A stretch of DNA of 63,827 bases, filler included, from Octopus bimaculoides (Eukaryota): assembly GCF_001194135.2 (NCBI RefSeq). It is 6 parts of 5 records of this genome, joined end to end, with 100 filler letters (N's around TTAATTAATTAA, not from the genome) between each part and the next. Parts side by side here need not be neighbours in the genome. Positions count along the whole stretch, not along the records: positions 1 to 21,592 come from NC_068987.1; positions 21,693 to 43,653 come from NC_068984.1; 4 more parts are not named here. One strand, given 5' to 3'. Below are positions 11,186-23,429 of the stretch, piece by piece. Position numbers and translations under genes: made by a program. Every line of letters starts with the position of its first letter. The first letter of the stretch is position 1. Under the pieces are notes generated by a model. That model was not told the origin of the DNA. It did not search any database and saw only the letters and a program-made list of their open reading frames with translations.

Positions 11186-11746
11186 TTGTCCCCTCTTCGT
11201 TTAACCCTCCCCTACATACCCCACCTCTACCCCCACCTTCAGCCTAACTCACACCCCACCCTTGCTTTCCCCACTCTCGCTTCCCCCACATCCCAACACC
11301 ATCACACCACACACCATTACACCATTCACCACCATACCACACAACACCACATCACATCACATCACCACGCACACACTAGCTCTGACCACTTCCCAGCTCG
11401 ACATCCACACACCTACACATACACACACGCACACGTCAAGGTTACCAGTCCTCTTCCACACGCACATACATGCTGTCTTATACACACGCACGCGCACCTT
11501 CATTTTTGGATCACCACTACTTTATTATTTCCCCTTCTTCCTAGCTCTCCTGTGTGATCCCTCTGTCCGGAATTCGCCATGATGGATCGCTAGCCACTAC
11601 ATATTCTTTATTTTCTCTCCTTGTTTCTTTCTGTGTTCCTTTCTGTGGAAGAGCGTATGCTTGAAACGTTAAAGACTTTTTCCCTTCTCGAGCGTTAAAC
11701 TAATACATCTGTTTGTTGTCTACACCACCTGTCTTCGTCTTTTGTT
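11186..11746 (+). mobile_element. Penelope-like element 3' UTR / pseudo-LTR remnant
   Basis: CAC/CCC-rich low-complexity tract like the one following the GIY-YIG fragment at 55150-55850, ending in a hammerhead-like motif at 11639-11674. Confidence 0.5.
11639..11674 (+). ncRNA. Minimal type I hammerhead ribozyme-like motif with non-canonical core (CUGUGGA)
   Basis: Stem I CUUU/AAAG; core C-U-G-U-G-G-A plus an extra A; stem II GAGC-GUAU-GCUU; GAAAC-GUU with palindrome AACGUU; predicted cleavage after 11670. Confidence 0.6.
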
Positions 11747-11756
11747 NNNNNNNNNN

Positions 11757-11788
<32 letters not shown>

Positions 11789-11839
11789 GATTTGCGTTTG
11801 GGCTTCTGTAGTTTGTGAACAAGAAAAACTACAATTGGA

Positions 11840-12321
11840 CATTTATTTGCAATCACTACAATTGTTTCTACGCAAAGTAGTTCTCCAGGCTTGCATGTAT
11901 TTGGTTATGTAACCGTTTCTCTGCATTATGAGATTTAGTTATGTTTCCTCGGGCGGTATAATATAAATATTGTCTCCATATTCTCGGTTTCAAGTGCATT
12001 TTATCTGTCTGTTGTGGCCTGCGAGTTAGTAGTAGCCACTGAATGTATCAAGAGATGTGTTGTGACTGAAGGTTTGTTGATAAACTTCTTTGAATGTATG
12101 GATGGAGTGGGATGGGGGTTTCGTTATTATTAGCTACGAACACGACAGACAGATAAGATGCTCTTGAAACCGAGAATTTGAGTTTACGGAGACAATATTG
12201 ATATATCACCTTAGGAAACACGACTAGATCTCATAATACAGGGAAACGGTTACATAACCAAATACATGCATGCCTGGAGAAGTATGTTGTGTAGAAAAAT
12301 TGTAGTGATTGCAAATAAATG
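11840..12321. repeat. Long inverted repeat (arms about 11840-12037 and 12122-12321, about 85-nt spacer)
   Basis: catttatttgcaatcactacaatt..gcatgtatttggttatgtaaccgtttc..ttctcggtttcaag..ttatctgtctg against the reverse complement of cagacagataag..cttgaaaccgagaa..gaaacggttacataaccaaatacatgc..attgtagtgattgcaaataaatg; roughly 80-85% identical by eye. Confidence 0.92.
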
Positions 12322-12449
12322 ACCGACAGTACTCCTTGTTGACACCAACTTATTCAATTACTTATTCACACACAACAGGAGCCTAAACACAAATCTGAAA
12401 GTCCGCATAATACTACTACTAGTTATATATATATATATATATATAAGAA

Positions 12450-13400
12450 TGAAGGTGGCTAGACACAGTATGAAATCAAAAAAGAAAAGTTCGATCGTTA
12501 TTAATAGTGACTGTGGGTGCGGGGTAGGATCTACATTGCTAGAAACAAGAGACAAAGACCCTTATAGCCAGAAAAAGCACAAGTCCATGTACTGACAGTG
12601 GAGATAACCTCCCCACAGCGAGCGAGGGTACTATATTGGCAAGCCAATTTCACTTGGAATTAAAACTCATCAGTAGTATTACATCACTGATGGTTAAGCT
12701 AAATCTTACCTGTCAGTATAGAGAATTTACTATAAGAATCAATGACTGATTCAGTAAAATTGTTATGTGAAAATAATGAAATAATGCAGGTAGCCAGACG
12801 TAATATAAAAACAAAAAGGAGAAATTGAATTATCACTAATAGCGACTGAGGATGCAGGGTAGCATTCTTATGGTAAATCTGAAAGTAATAACCTTCTTAT
12901 GGTGTTTTTTAAGATTAGCATTATTGATGTGCAGGCGTTTAGTGAAAGATGGTGAATAGCTGTAGACTGGCAGAATGTTGTAGAACCATTTGGTGGCGAT
13001 GATATTCTCAGCTGCGTAGCTGCATTTGTCTCTCAAACATAAGATTCTGTTTCGTATGTAGGCACCTTTACTCTCGTGTTAAGGACTGATGCGGTGTGCT
13101 AATAGGTTCTTACCAGCTAATTTCTTCTAATATTCGGTATAAATGGACTTCTCCTGAGTTAGAAATCGATCCAGATTTATCAGGGTGTTCAATCTCGAAT
13201 TTGATGTGCTCGTAAGTGATGTTAAATTTTCGGTATATGAGGCCGGTCTGCACCCGGGAAGACCTGGTTATTGGGATATCATCCACAAACCTAAAGAAGA
13301 TGCAAAAGTGCAGTGCAAAGCACTGTGCGCTTCAGTAAGTAATGGCCAGAAGACCGGATGGGTTTTACCTCAATAATAGACTTGAGACCTGCATGTCATC
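12450..13400 (-). mobile_element. Penelope-like element RT thumb / linker fragment, decayed
   Basis: Minus strand reads FNITYEHIKFEIEHPDKSGS (cf. PLE FN..H..IKFT.E), then AYIRNRILCLRDKCSY..FYNILPVYSYSPSF (cf. R....CS..L..NGYP). Confidence 0.6.
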
Positions 13401-14096
13401 GTACTGAAAGTATGTGCTCCTTACCATGATTGGCAATTGCTCCTGAACGTCTAAGGGTGTGAGACCGAAATAATGGAGGTTGATGGAAGAAATAGAAAAG
13501 GTAAGAGGAAGACGAGAAAGAGAAGAAAATGAAGACATAGAAGGAAAGAGAGGAAACTGCGAGAGAAATGTGTGATATAGAGACACGCACACAACCACAC
13601 ACGCGCACACGCACATATGTTTATAAGACAAAGTTATTCTATTCCAAACCGGTAGAAAAATAGGAAAAGGGAGTTGAAAATATACTGGTTTCGTTTTAAA
13701 CATTCTTGAAGACTTAACCGGTTTCACATATTTCTCTGATTTTCAAAAGTTGAGGCAGATGTGGAGCTATGCTGCAATGGTCCTANNNNNNNNNNNNNNN
13801 NNNNNNNNNNNNNNNNNNNNNNNNNNNNNNNNNNNNNNNNNNNNNNNNNNNNNNNNNNNNNNNNNNNNNNNNNNNNNNNNNNNNNNNNNNNNNNNNNNNN
13901 NNNNNNNNNNNNNNNNNNNNNNNNNNNNNNNNNNNNNNNNNNNNNNNNNNNNNNNNNNNNNNNNNNNNNNNNNNNNNNNNNNNNNNNNNNNNNNNNNNNN
14001 NNNNNNNNNNNNNNNNNNNNNNNNNNNNNNNNNNNNNNNNNNNNNNNNNNNNNNNNNNNNNNNNNNNNNNNNNNNNNNNNNNNNNNNNNNNNNNNN

Positions 14097-14137
<41 letters not shown>

Positions 14138-14394
14138 TGGATTCGTTATTTGCAGCGGGAAGCAGTATTAGTTCAACACACCATTCTATATATCTTACTA
14201 AATATGGACATACTGAAATGACAAATAGTGCCAAAAAGCACAGAAGTATATCAGTACCAGGCGGAAAGCGTCCACTAGCTGCGGTAAAGTTGCTAAACCT
14301 TGATGTCAGTGTCTTTATGCGTTAGTATCTATTAGTAACCGCATGTTTAGCCAAATGTAGCCTCCATTGACATAGAGAAAAAAAGAAAAGGATA

Positions 14395-14639
14395 AAGATC
14401 CTTCCCGGTGTACATGAACACATAAGGCCGGTTCCCGGTTTTCATAGCGTATATGTTCCCCACCTGGAAAGAGACGGCGCTCCGTCGCAGGATTGCTCAT
14501 TCTTGCCAGCTCTGTAGAGTGGAGCAATGTGAAATTAAGTTCTTTGCTCAAGAACACTGCGTGACGCCCGGTCCAGGAATCAAACGTTCAATTTTATGAT
14601 CATAAATCCAACACCTTAACCTCTAAGGCACACACCTCC
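14395..14639 (-). mobile_element. tRNA-derived SINE related to family C (diverged)
   Basis: gctcaagaacac..gcccggtccaggaatcaaac..ttaacctctaaggc..cacctc resembles the head of the 42441-42810 copy. Confidence 0.5.
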
Positions 14640-14709
14640 ACAATGACATAGAGTAAAATATCCGTTATTAGCGATGGAAACCTCATCGGTTTAGTATAAC
14701 ATTCTGTAT

Positions 14710-14909
14710 GACTTACTTCAGATGGAAATACTGTAAAAAGCCACAAATTTGTGGTATTCGTCCTGAGAAAGCATCTCGTATAGACATATAGCTCTAAAAC
14801 GCGTTTAATACTAAAATAGTTTTAGCACAACATCTCTATACGAGATGCTTTCTCAAGACGAAAACTGCAGTTCTGTGAATTTCCACACTATATCTACGTT
14901 AAGTAAGAC
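14710..14909. repeat. About 200-bp palindromic (MITE-like) hairpin
   Basis: Core ttcgtcctgagaaagcatctcgtataga / tctatacgagatgctttctcaagacgaa is nearly perfect; outer arms gacttactt / aagtaagac are more diverged. Confidence 0.8.
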
Positions 14910-15374
14910 TAAATAGTTTAAACAACATCTGCTGGCATGTCCCAACGTTTCATATTACGGAAAAAAATTCAAAAAAGAAATTAGAAGCAGTTCGTATGTC
15001 GGCTGTGGTTTTTAGGCGTAAGAGAATATATCCTCCATGCGCCTGGTGCAAAAGACACCTACATACATACATACATACATACATACATACATACATACAT
15101 CTCACATTTTGACATGAAAAGTACATAATAACTACCTTTAAACTAAGATCTGATGAGCATGCCTTTCTTTCCCTGTGACGGGGACATTGGCTATAAAGGA
15201 GGAGTCATTCACCTTCAGTTTACTGCTATAAACTCTCCCACAATATTCTAATGTAAAGTAAATCTAGCACAAGCATTTTAGCTTTGAAAAGCATATGAAG
15301 GCACATAATTCCACTTTCTCGATGGTATTTTAGACGAGTAAATGAAGAATCGAGAGAAAGATGTTGGTTAATTT

Positions 15375-15438
<64 letters not shown>

Positions 15439-15559
15439 ACAGACAGACAGATAGCTTCTGCCGATTAAAAGTAATATACGCATGTTTATAAAGAGAGAAC
15501 GGGAGGAGAGAGAGGGAGGAGCCAGAGATTCCACTAGCAATCAGAAACAGTGTGGTGTG

Positions 15560-16380
15560 TTGATCATTTAGTTACTACTCTCCCATATTTTGCGGTTACA
15601 TTTTATATTCTGATTCATTATATATTTTAGATGTACTCTGTTATGTTTAAAAACGATTCAGTCTCGACTTTAAATTTTAAGCTCCTCGGCCACTATTGTT
15701 CATGAGTTTTATCAATGGTTGTTAATGCAGAACTTCTTACAAACCTCTTAGCATGGTATTTTGTGGTTCTATTTTAATTTGATTTTTAATTTTCTAACAA
15801 TTTCTATTCTTCCGCAACACTTCTCACAACTGTCTGTTACCTTAACCCTGATTTAGAAGTGTTTCTCTTTTTCCTCTGCTAATAGAAAGCAGGGTTCTTT
15901 TTATCTATTAATTTTAGTTTCTTTTCATTCTTTTTTAGATATTTTTATAAGAAACCTTATTTTAATTTTCTAATTTCTAATTTCAAAATGCCTTTGTCTG
16001 TATTTACAGCAAATAAATTGTTTTCTAAGTTAGACATTGTGTGGTAGATTCGGAAAGTGATCTCTTCTTTGTTTTCTTGTTTAGCATTGCTTGTATTTCA
16101 GAATGCTGCAACTATTTCATTGGAATAGCTAAAATATTGATGCCTATTATCTTATAATTAGTATTTGGCTTAGTTATAAGAATTAAGCTTACACGTCTAT
16201 AATATTCTTTCATCTGTTAATGTTGTACTCTGTTTAGATTATTTATTGAGAAGTATTTGCGAATATGCGTTTGATCTAATTATCGATATTTCTTTATCTG
16301 AAATTACATCAGTGGCTTTAAATAATTTTCTCTTGTTTTCTGCATTTCTTTTTTCTAAATCAAATTTAATATGCTGCTGC
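15560..16380 (-). mobile_element. Probable RLE-type (R4/Dong-like) LINE N-terminal region, highly decayed
   Basis: Minus strand is Lys/Arg/Glu-rich with broken frames (..RKLKIKLK..KYHAKRFVRSSALTTIDK..). No catalytic motif. Confidence 0.3.
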
Positions 16381-16455
16381 TGTGAGACACTACTCCACAT
16401 GAGTTGAGGTGTTTTTCATTGTTTATTGCCTGCAGTGTAAAACTTGCGTTGATAT

Positions 16456-16503
<48 letters not shown>

Positions 16504-16789
16504 GTGTGTGTGTGAGAGAGAGAGAGTTTGCGTATGTGTGCATTTGTGTGTATGTGTTTGAGTGTGCTTATGTATATATAAATATATATACAGTTACATA
16601 TATATGAATACACACACATACAACACACACACAAACACATATATATGTATGTGTGTAGCTATGTTTATATATGTATGCATATGTGTTTATAGATAGATAG
16701 ATAGATACACACACATAAAAACACACATACATATATGTGTGCATTGCAAGGCATATATATATATGTATGTGTATGTACGTATCAATGTA

Positions 16790-16867
<78 letters not shown>

Positions 16868-16917
16868 TGTATGTCATATAGATATATATGTATATATATG
16901 TGTGTGTGTGTGTGTGC

Positions 16918-16949
<32 letters not shown>

Positions 16950-16950
16950 G
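16456..16950. repeat. Compound (TG)n/(TA)n/(CA)n/(GATA)n microsatellite cluster
   Basis: Direct inspection. Confidence 0.95.
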
Positions 16951-17639
16951 AGAAAGACAGTAAAGTGTAAATATTGATGTGTTTCGAAAAATGTTACGAA
17001 ACAACTATGTTTTAGGGAATAGAGATTAAATCTTTTTTTTAATTGTCCTTAGTAAATGTGCGCATAGAATCGAAGAACATTTACTGGGAAAACAGAAAAA
17101 GGTAGTTACCACAAAAGAATTAAGTGATTGGAGAAAGAAAGTGAGAGAATGAAGGAGAGAAAGAAGTTGAAAGGGACAAGTGAATAAAAGTCTGAAGGAA
17201 GTAGTGATTAAATCTTGAAAGAAGAGGAACAATATTCTTTAGTGCAAATTAGAGACAATGACGTTCAAATGGCCAACAATATTTTTTTAATTTACACGGA
17301 TTAAAACTCCCATCTCACATTTTTTCTCATTTCTCACCAACCTCACTCTCCTCCAAATTATTTTCATTTCTCCCTCCAGTCATTTCCTTCGCTCACATGT
17401 GCAGTAACTCATTCGTTAGTATTTCTAATATTTCTTCACTATTTCCCCATTTTTACCTAACAAAGACAAAAATCTTCTCTCTGTGAGAATCATATTTCCA
17501 AAGGCGACGCGATATACGAACATAAAACCTCATTTTAAATTTAAATACAACTTTACCCAAAGTAAACCTTCGTTTGTTAGCTCGTATGCTTTTTTTTATA
17601 TTCTATGCAAGATATATTTAAATATTCTCTTATAGCACG

Positions 17640-18700
17640 TATGCCTAAGCTGAGTATGGTTTTGTATGATGGTTAAAGATTTTAATGTCTGACAGGAAGG
17701 AAATATGAAAATTTTCGAATATTCCTCTTCTAATCTTTTTGCTCTGTAGAATTATGTACCATTTACTCAAAATCTTTTTGATGTACCTGCTTTCTACTGG
17801 TGCTCTCTTGGTAATGGTTGATTTTTCCAGAATTGATGCATTTTTAACACTGTTAAAGGCTTTCCAGCAATCGACTTCACCATTCTCAAAACCATTTTCT
17901 TTCTTACTGTAATTCTCAGTAATGGCTTTGTCTGATCAATAATTGATATTTACAAGCAAATGATGCATTTCGGTATCCTGTCAGTTCTCGAAGCGAGTTA
18001 CGTTTAAAAGATATAATTTTTTTCAATATTATTGCTGTTGAGGCTTTGTATACTGTAGGCAGGCAAGTTATTGGCTTTCCAGAGCCATTTCAGTAGAACA
18101 TTGAATATTTTTGGAAGAACATTGTGTTTAAAAATAAAACATGTTAATCAAGATAAATCTATCATTTTTAGGTGCCTACCAGTTGTACTTGTTCTGTGGT
18201 ATCTAAACAATATCTTATAGTATTTTTGCTGCACATTTTTTTTCAGTATTAATGTTTGAAAATTCCTTCACTCTCTATCCTAAATTATTCTACTTGTCTT
18301 GCTGTTGGCGCTGTATTGATCTCTATTGTTCTATGCAGTTCTTCGTTAAAAATGTTTTGGTTTGATATCAAACTGTTTTCTTCAAAACATAGTTTTTGCT
18401 ATTCATCACGATGGCGAAGCGATTTTTGCGATTTGTTTTGTTTCGGGAAGCATTCTGTCAGTTTGGGTACTTCATGTATTGTATTTCTGTAGTATCTGTC
18501 TCTTCGTGTTATATTTATTTCTTCTCGTTACTGATTTTACTACATATTGGGATATAAATTTTCTGCCTGCCTCTGAATGTTTGTTCAACATGTTTACTTG
18601 GGTTTGTATTTTCCTATATGATTAGTTTTGCGAAAATATCCGTTTTAATGTGTAACTTCAATCTATGTTTGCAGCTGTTTACGTTAAGTCTACAATAGTC
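17640..18700 (-). mobile_element. R4/Dong-clade (RLE-type) LINE reverse-transcriptase fragment, decayed
   Basis: Minus strand reads KPITCLPTVYKASTAII, then with frameshifts CKYQLLIDKAITE and VDCWKAFNSVK (cf. RPITCLPT.YK, CKDQLLID, WIDYKKAFDSVPH). Confidence 0.75.
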
Positions 18701-19842
18701 GCTCATAAAGTGAGCACTAACATATTTAATACAGGGATCTAATAATTGAATTTATATCCATAATGTGAAGATCCAGTCATGGATAAAGAAGGCGGGAGAG
18801 ACACTCACCGAAATTTACATTCAATAAATTTAATTAAACATTATGTAGAAGTACTCAGTCTAGAGTTTTGTAGTACGGTGACAACTTCTGTATATGTTGC
18901 ATTTGTGATTTCGTCGCTGATCGAGATCTTGTCCATTAAATATATTTTGTAAAATTTCAGCTTGCACCATCAAATATATACTTTGTGAGTATAGGGATAA
19001 TTTTTTTTTCTTTTTGATATATTCTTTATATTTCTGGAAAAATGCCTTTGAATTCTTAACCTGTTTCCTAGTGGTATAGACATTTGAGAAGGTATAGAGA
19101 ATATTGTATGTGAAGCTAGCATAAAAAAAAGATTGTGAGTTCATGTATACATATATATATTTCAGATATATGATATCTTGTACTCGAATCCTAGAAGTTA
19201 AATGCTTTACATAGAAACCTGTAAATACAAGCAATGGGGAGGGGGAATAGTTCGACAATTCTTTTGCTGTGCATAATAACCTTATGTTTAAGTAATTTAA
19301 CTTATTGTGCGCTAAAAATCGAATGTTGACAATAAAAGAACTTACCGATCTGCATATTTGTTGAGAAAATTGTTGAGACACAGTTGATAACAAGTTTGTC
19401 ATTTCCGGTATAAACTTCCTGTTTTCCACACTTAAAGACATGTTAAAAGTCGTTCCTAGAAATTAGATTGAAAAGTAAATCATTCAGGAGTTAACACATT
19501 CTTCTAACAGCATAAACAACGTCAACAACATGGTCATTTCAGATACATTCTTACGGTTGAAATTGTTATCATCATCATCGTCTGTTGTTGTTGTAGTTGT
19601 TGTTGTTGCTGCTGCTGCTGCTACTGTTGTTGTTTAAGCCCCGAGGAATCCTGGTTAGCGAAACTCATAGTTAAAGGCTTTCCAGCTAAGATTATCCTAC
19701 ATTTTCCCTGGGCATGATGTATCTATGACTGCATTAGCCAATGTGTTCTTAGAAGGAAACTTTGGTTGCTATTTTAAGTGAAGCTTGACCAAAATCATCA
19801 CTCTCTACTAGCCAATAGAATAATTCAATCAATTATACGTAA

Positions 19843-21240
19843 CTAGCAGAGATACCCGACATTGCTTGAGATTAAATGGCATAGTTTGTATATATATATA
19901 TATATTATAGTTATGTTGAAACATGTGATACGGGAAAGTGCAGCATTCGCGACAAAACATTTGTGGAGTAAATGATGGGCTAATTCGACTAGGCGGCATG
20001 TCATGCGCCCGTTTGGAGGATTCTAGGCCCTAACTTGTCATGGAAAATTGGGTATGTGGGTGTGTGATTTTTAAATGCACTGAAAAGCTGTCAGTGGATA
20101 TACTCTCCTTTGCGGCGGTCGGCGCTGCGTCTAACACAATACATTGTATGATTGACAGTCGAATGAATGTAGGTGTAATGGAGATATTGTACGTAAATGG
20201 GTACATTCCGGAAAGGGGTTGAAAAGGAAGACGGCAACGCGGAAGTGAACTGTTGTAATGTTGCAGAAGGTGAAGTGTTGACATTGGATTGCTGATGATG
20301 CTGTAGAATAAGAGACATAATCTGAGCCTATGCAGTTACATGAGAATATATAGTAAGGAATTACTTGAATAAATTCCGCGTGGTTGGTGGGTGTAATTGG
20401 AGAATATCCTTTGATACTGAAGTCCATGCAGGAAACGGCTTTGTTGGTGCAGTCTTCGGGTTTGTTGGTGTTATGCCGAAATGGTATCCATCTTTACCGT
20501 TCACAAAGAGTAGTGGATACTGGAAGGCATCGTAGGATGTAGTAACTCCTACAAAACCTTTTGGTAAACAATATTCTTTGTTTTCCATTGTAGAACAAAT
20601 GCAAATAGATTTTTTTGCTTCCCACTCTAGAGCAGCCAACATTCAATTGCTCGTGTGAGCATAACTCTTCCAGGTGAAATTCTACCACAGACAGTGTTTG
20701 ACCCTGGAATTTATTGATAGACATTGAGAAACTGATACGAAATTGAAGTCTTCTGAATGGAAAAGGAATTTCTGCTCCCAGTGGAATGAGAGGAAATCTG
20801 GTTATGAAAACATCTTCTCCTTTGCCACATCCAGAGAAAATGAGGCCTCAATAGCATGTGGCATCATCTTCTTTACCACCAGGCGTGTCCCACTGCAGAG
20901 TGTTGGCGGATCCAAATTCTTCAATGACATTACTGGAGTTCCCACTTTCAGTTCCAATCTGTGGGGAAGTAGTCCTAGAGGCTCCAATGAATTGAGAAAT
21001 TCTGTTGGGTAATTTACCATCTCTTCTGGATCTAGAATTGTATCAATTGACATATAGATGTGAGGACTTCCATGAAGGTACTGCAGCAGCTGCTCATTAA
21101 TTTTACTTGCAGTGCAGTTTTTTTGTTTGTTTGCTTTTTGTTTTTGTTTTGTTTTTTTTTAGCCAGTATTGCTCCTTTACACAGCCAAATGAGATTGTGA
21201 TAATTTTTTACCGATGGATGTAAGGGTGACAATCAATTTC
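19843..21240 (-). mobile_element. Helitron 3' fragment (PIF1-like helicase C-terminus plus CTAG 3' terminus)
   Basis: VNYPTEFLNSLEPLGLLPHRLELKVGTPVMSLKNLDPPTLCSGTRLVVKKMMPHAIEA; MSINKFQGQTLSVV..QLNVGCSRVGSKK; minus-strand end ..gcaatgtcgggtatctctgCTAG|t at 19843 with a degenerate subterminal hairpin. Confidence 0.9.
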
Positions 21241-21592
21241 GGAAAGTTACTTCGCAAAGAGTTACCACCCTTCACTACGTACCGCAGGAAAAGGTATTTT
21301 CTGATCGCAGAGGGCCCGTTACTCATTATGTGAAAAGTTTTAAGAGTCTAAAAACCATCTCTGGAACATAAGTAATGCATGATCCCAATCTGGAGAAAAT
21401 CAGCTGTGAACTTCAGATTTTATGCGTATATACACACGCACACACACACACACACACACAACCTCACTTCCATAGCTAGCTAGCTAGCTAGCTAGATAGA
21501 TAGATAGATAGATATCTTTTTATTATAGCCACACAGGGCTAAATACAGAAAATGGACAAATTACAAAGTAGAGCTTTTTTTGTGGGGGGGGG

Positions 21593-21692
21593 NNNNNNNN
21601 NNNNNNNNNNNNNNNNNNNNNNNNNNNNNNNNNNNNTTAATTAATTAANNNNNNNNNNNNNNNNNNNNNNNNNNNNNNNNNNNNNNNNNNNN
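21593..21692. other. Assembly gap linker N44-TTAATTAATTAA-N44 (also 43654-43753, 50995-51094, 52536-52635, 62665-62764)
   Basis: The same 100-nt structure occurs five times, with an all-frame stop linker in the centre. Confidence 0.97.
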
Positions 21693-22904
21693 ACTAAAAA
21701 CAACTAATCTTGAAAGCAAAACAGGATCAGACAAATGGGTTGCATTCATGTTGAAACAAGTGTGTAGTTTCTAGTTTAGTAAGAATTATGTAAATATGTT
21801 GATAGTTGATATGCATATATGATGTGTGTTCATTTATATATATAAATATGTATGCAACAATTTCACAGAATGTACTTGTAGGTAAGCAACATGATTATTG
21901 TCTTAACATTATTTGTAATCCAAACTTGTATACTGGAGTTGTTTTAGTTAAGTCCTTACACAAATACAACTACTATGTGAAGTAAACATCCAGAGTGAAT
22001 GATGAAAGTCAAATGCAATAGGTTGTGTGGTATTCCAATTATATACATTTACAGATTAGTATACATCCTGTTTTGTTTAGTTTGTGATTTAATTTAAGAT
22101 GACAGCATCACAATATTGGACAAACTTAGAAAATTTACACAGGAAGGATGATTCAAACACTTACATTTTCCTAATTTGTTATTATCAATATTGCAGCTGT
22201 CCTTTGGTACTTCATTGTTCAGTAGAAGTGGTGTCTCTGATTGCACAATGGACTTCAAAGTCTACCTTATTAGCCAGCTGTGACTCTTGACGATGGAGTT
22301 GGAGTGTCGTGAAAAGCAAACAACATTCAGGGAGATATATACAGCACTATGTAGCCATATGAGGGGCAAGTGACTTGCTTTAGATATCTTACTGTATGGT
22401 CTATAGATTACCTTTTAACAGATGAATAACAAAACACGCAACAGTTGTGCTGATGAGACTTGCTTGATGAACTTAGGACAAGCATGTACCAAATCTCAAA
22501 AGAGAATAGGAGAATCTCACCACTGAGTGAGCTTAGGAGCAGCAGAGCTGCTCAGAACCCACACAAGGGAAACCACATTAAAATGGTCAGTACATAGCTG
22601 AGCTCTGCAGATTTGAAATCAGAATTTAATAACAGACAAAATAGCACCAGGAATTCTGTCAGGTACACCAACAATTCTGCCAGCTCACTACTATAATAAT
22701 AATAACAATAATAATAATAACAACAAAAGCAGTCAGAGAGCACAAACCTCTGCCAAGGCAACACCAACGCCCTCTCAACAATTAGCCGGACATGATTTTT
22801 AAAATGAGAATATCTGAAATAAACTTGACTGCTCTCACAAATGAGAATACTATGTGAAGGTGGGTGTGTGGGCAATGTTTGTAATGCTGTGTGTGTGTTG
22901 TCTG

Positions 22905-23050
22905 CAGTGCGAACAGGGACAGTTTTGTCTATGAAGGCCTTTTTTAGTCTATCCACTGATATAGTGTCTTTCCAACCATTAAGGTCTATAGTGAAAAATT
23001 CATCTGTGTGAAAGAAAACGGACAAGATCTGCACAGGGTACTGTTAACAG
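22905..23050 (-). mobile_element. Gypsy LTR-retrotransposon integrase C-terminal fragment
   Basis: TDEFFTIDLNGWKDTISVDRLKKAF matches the FTI..NG..D.VS.DRLKPA motif after the GPY/F module. Confidence 0.7.
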
Positions 23051-23429
23051 AAGTAAAGCTTCCTTCAAAGCAGAGCTAGAAATGTAAATGTCAAGTAGGT
23101 AAGAGGTTGTAAACGGGAGTGATATATTCAAAATTGGTAAAACTAAAAATTCTCAAGGAGAAATCAAATTTATTATTGTTACTGAATATGTTAGTGTTAT
23201 TTAATTTCTGAACAGCTTTGCTGCCATTTGTTTATGTAGTTTGGTTTCTTTATCCATCATCCATCAGTTTCTACTATGTTAGAGATGCGAATAAAATTAA
23301 TAATAGAGAAACAAAAAGAAAATTTTGGGAACTGCAATGTCACCATAACTTACATGGAAACCGTGAGCATGCTTTCAAGGGAGATAATCAGAGAAGGACT
23401 TGAAAGTGAATGTAAGATCATAATACATC

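Noticed and set aside
13185-13376. + strand ORF with WDII..KVQCKALC resembling a BED finger
   Set aside because: Better explained as antisense to the Penelope RT fragment; the Cys/His pattern is incomplete.
15146-15200. CTGATGAG motif (also at 22455 and 20292)
   Set aside because: No properly placed stem II plus GAAA; not a hammerhead. The 20292 copy has partial stem I but GAGAC and no stem II.
21637-21648. TTAATTAATTAA repeated five times at the centre of N-runs
   Set aside because: Artificial scaffold linker with stops in all frames; not biological.
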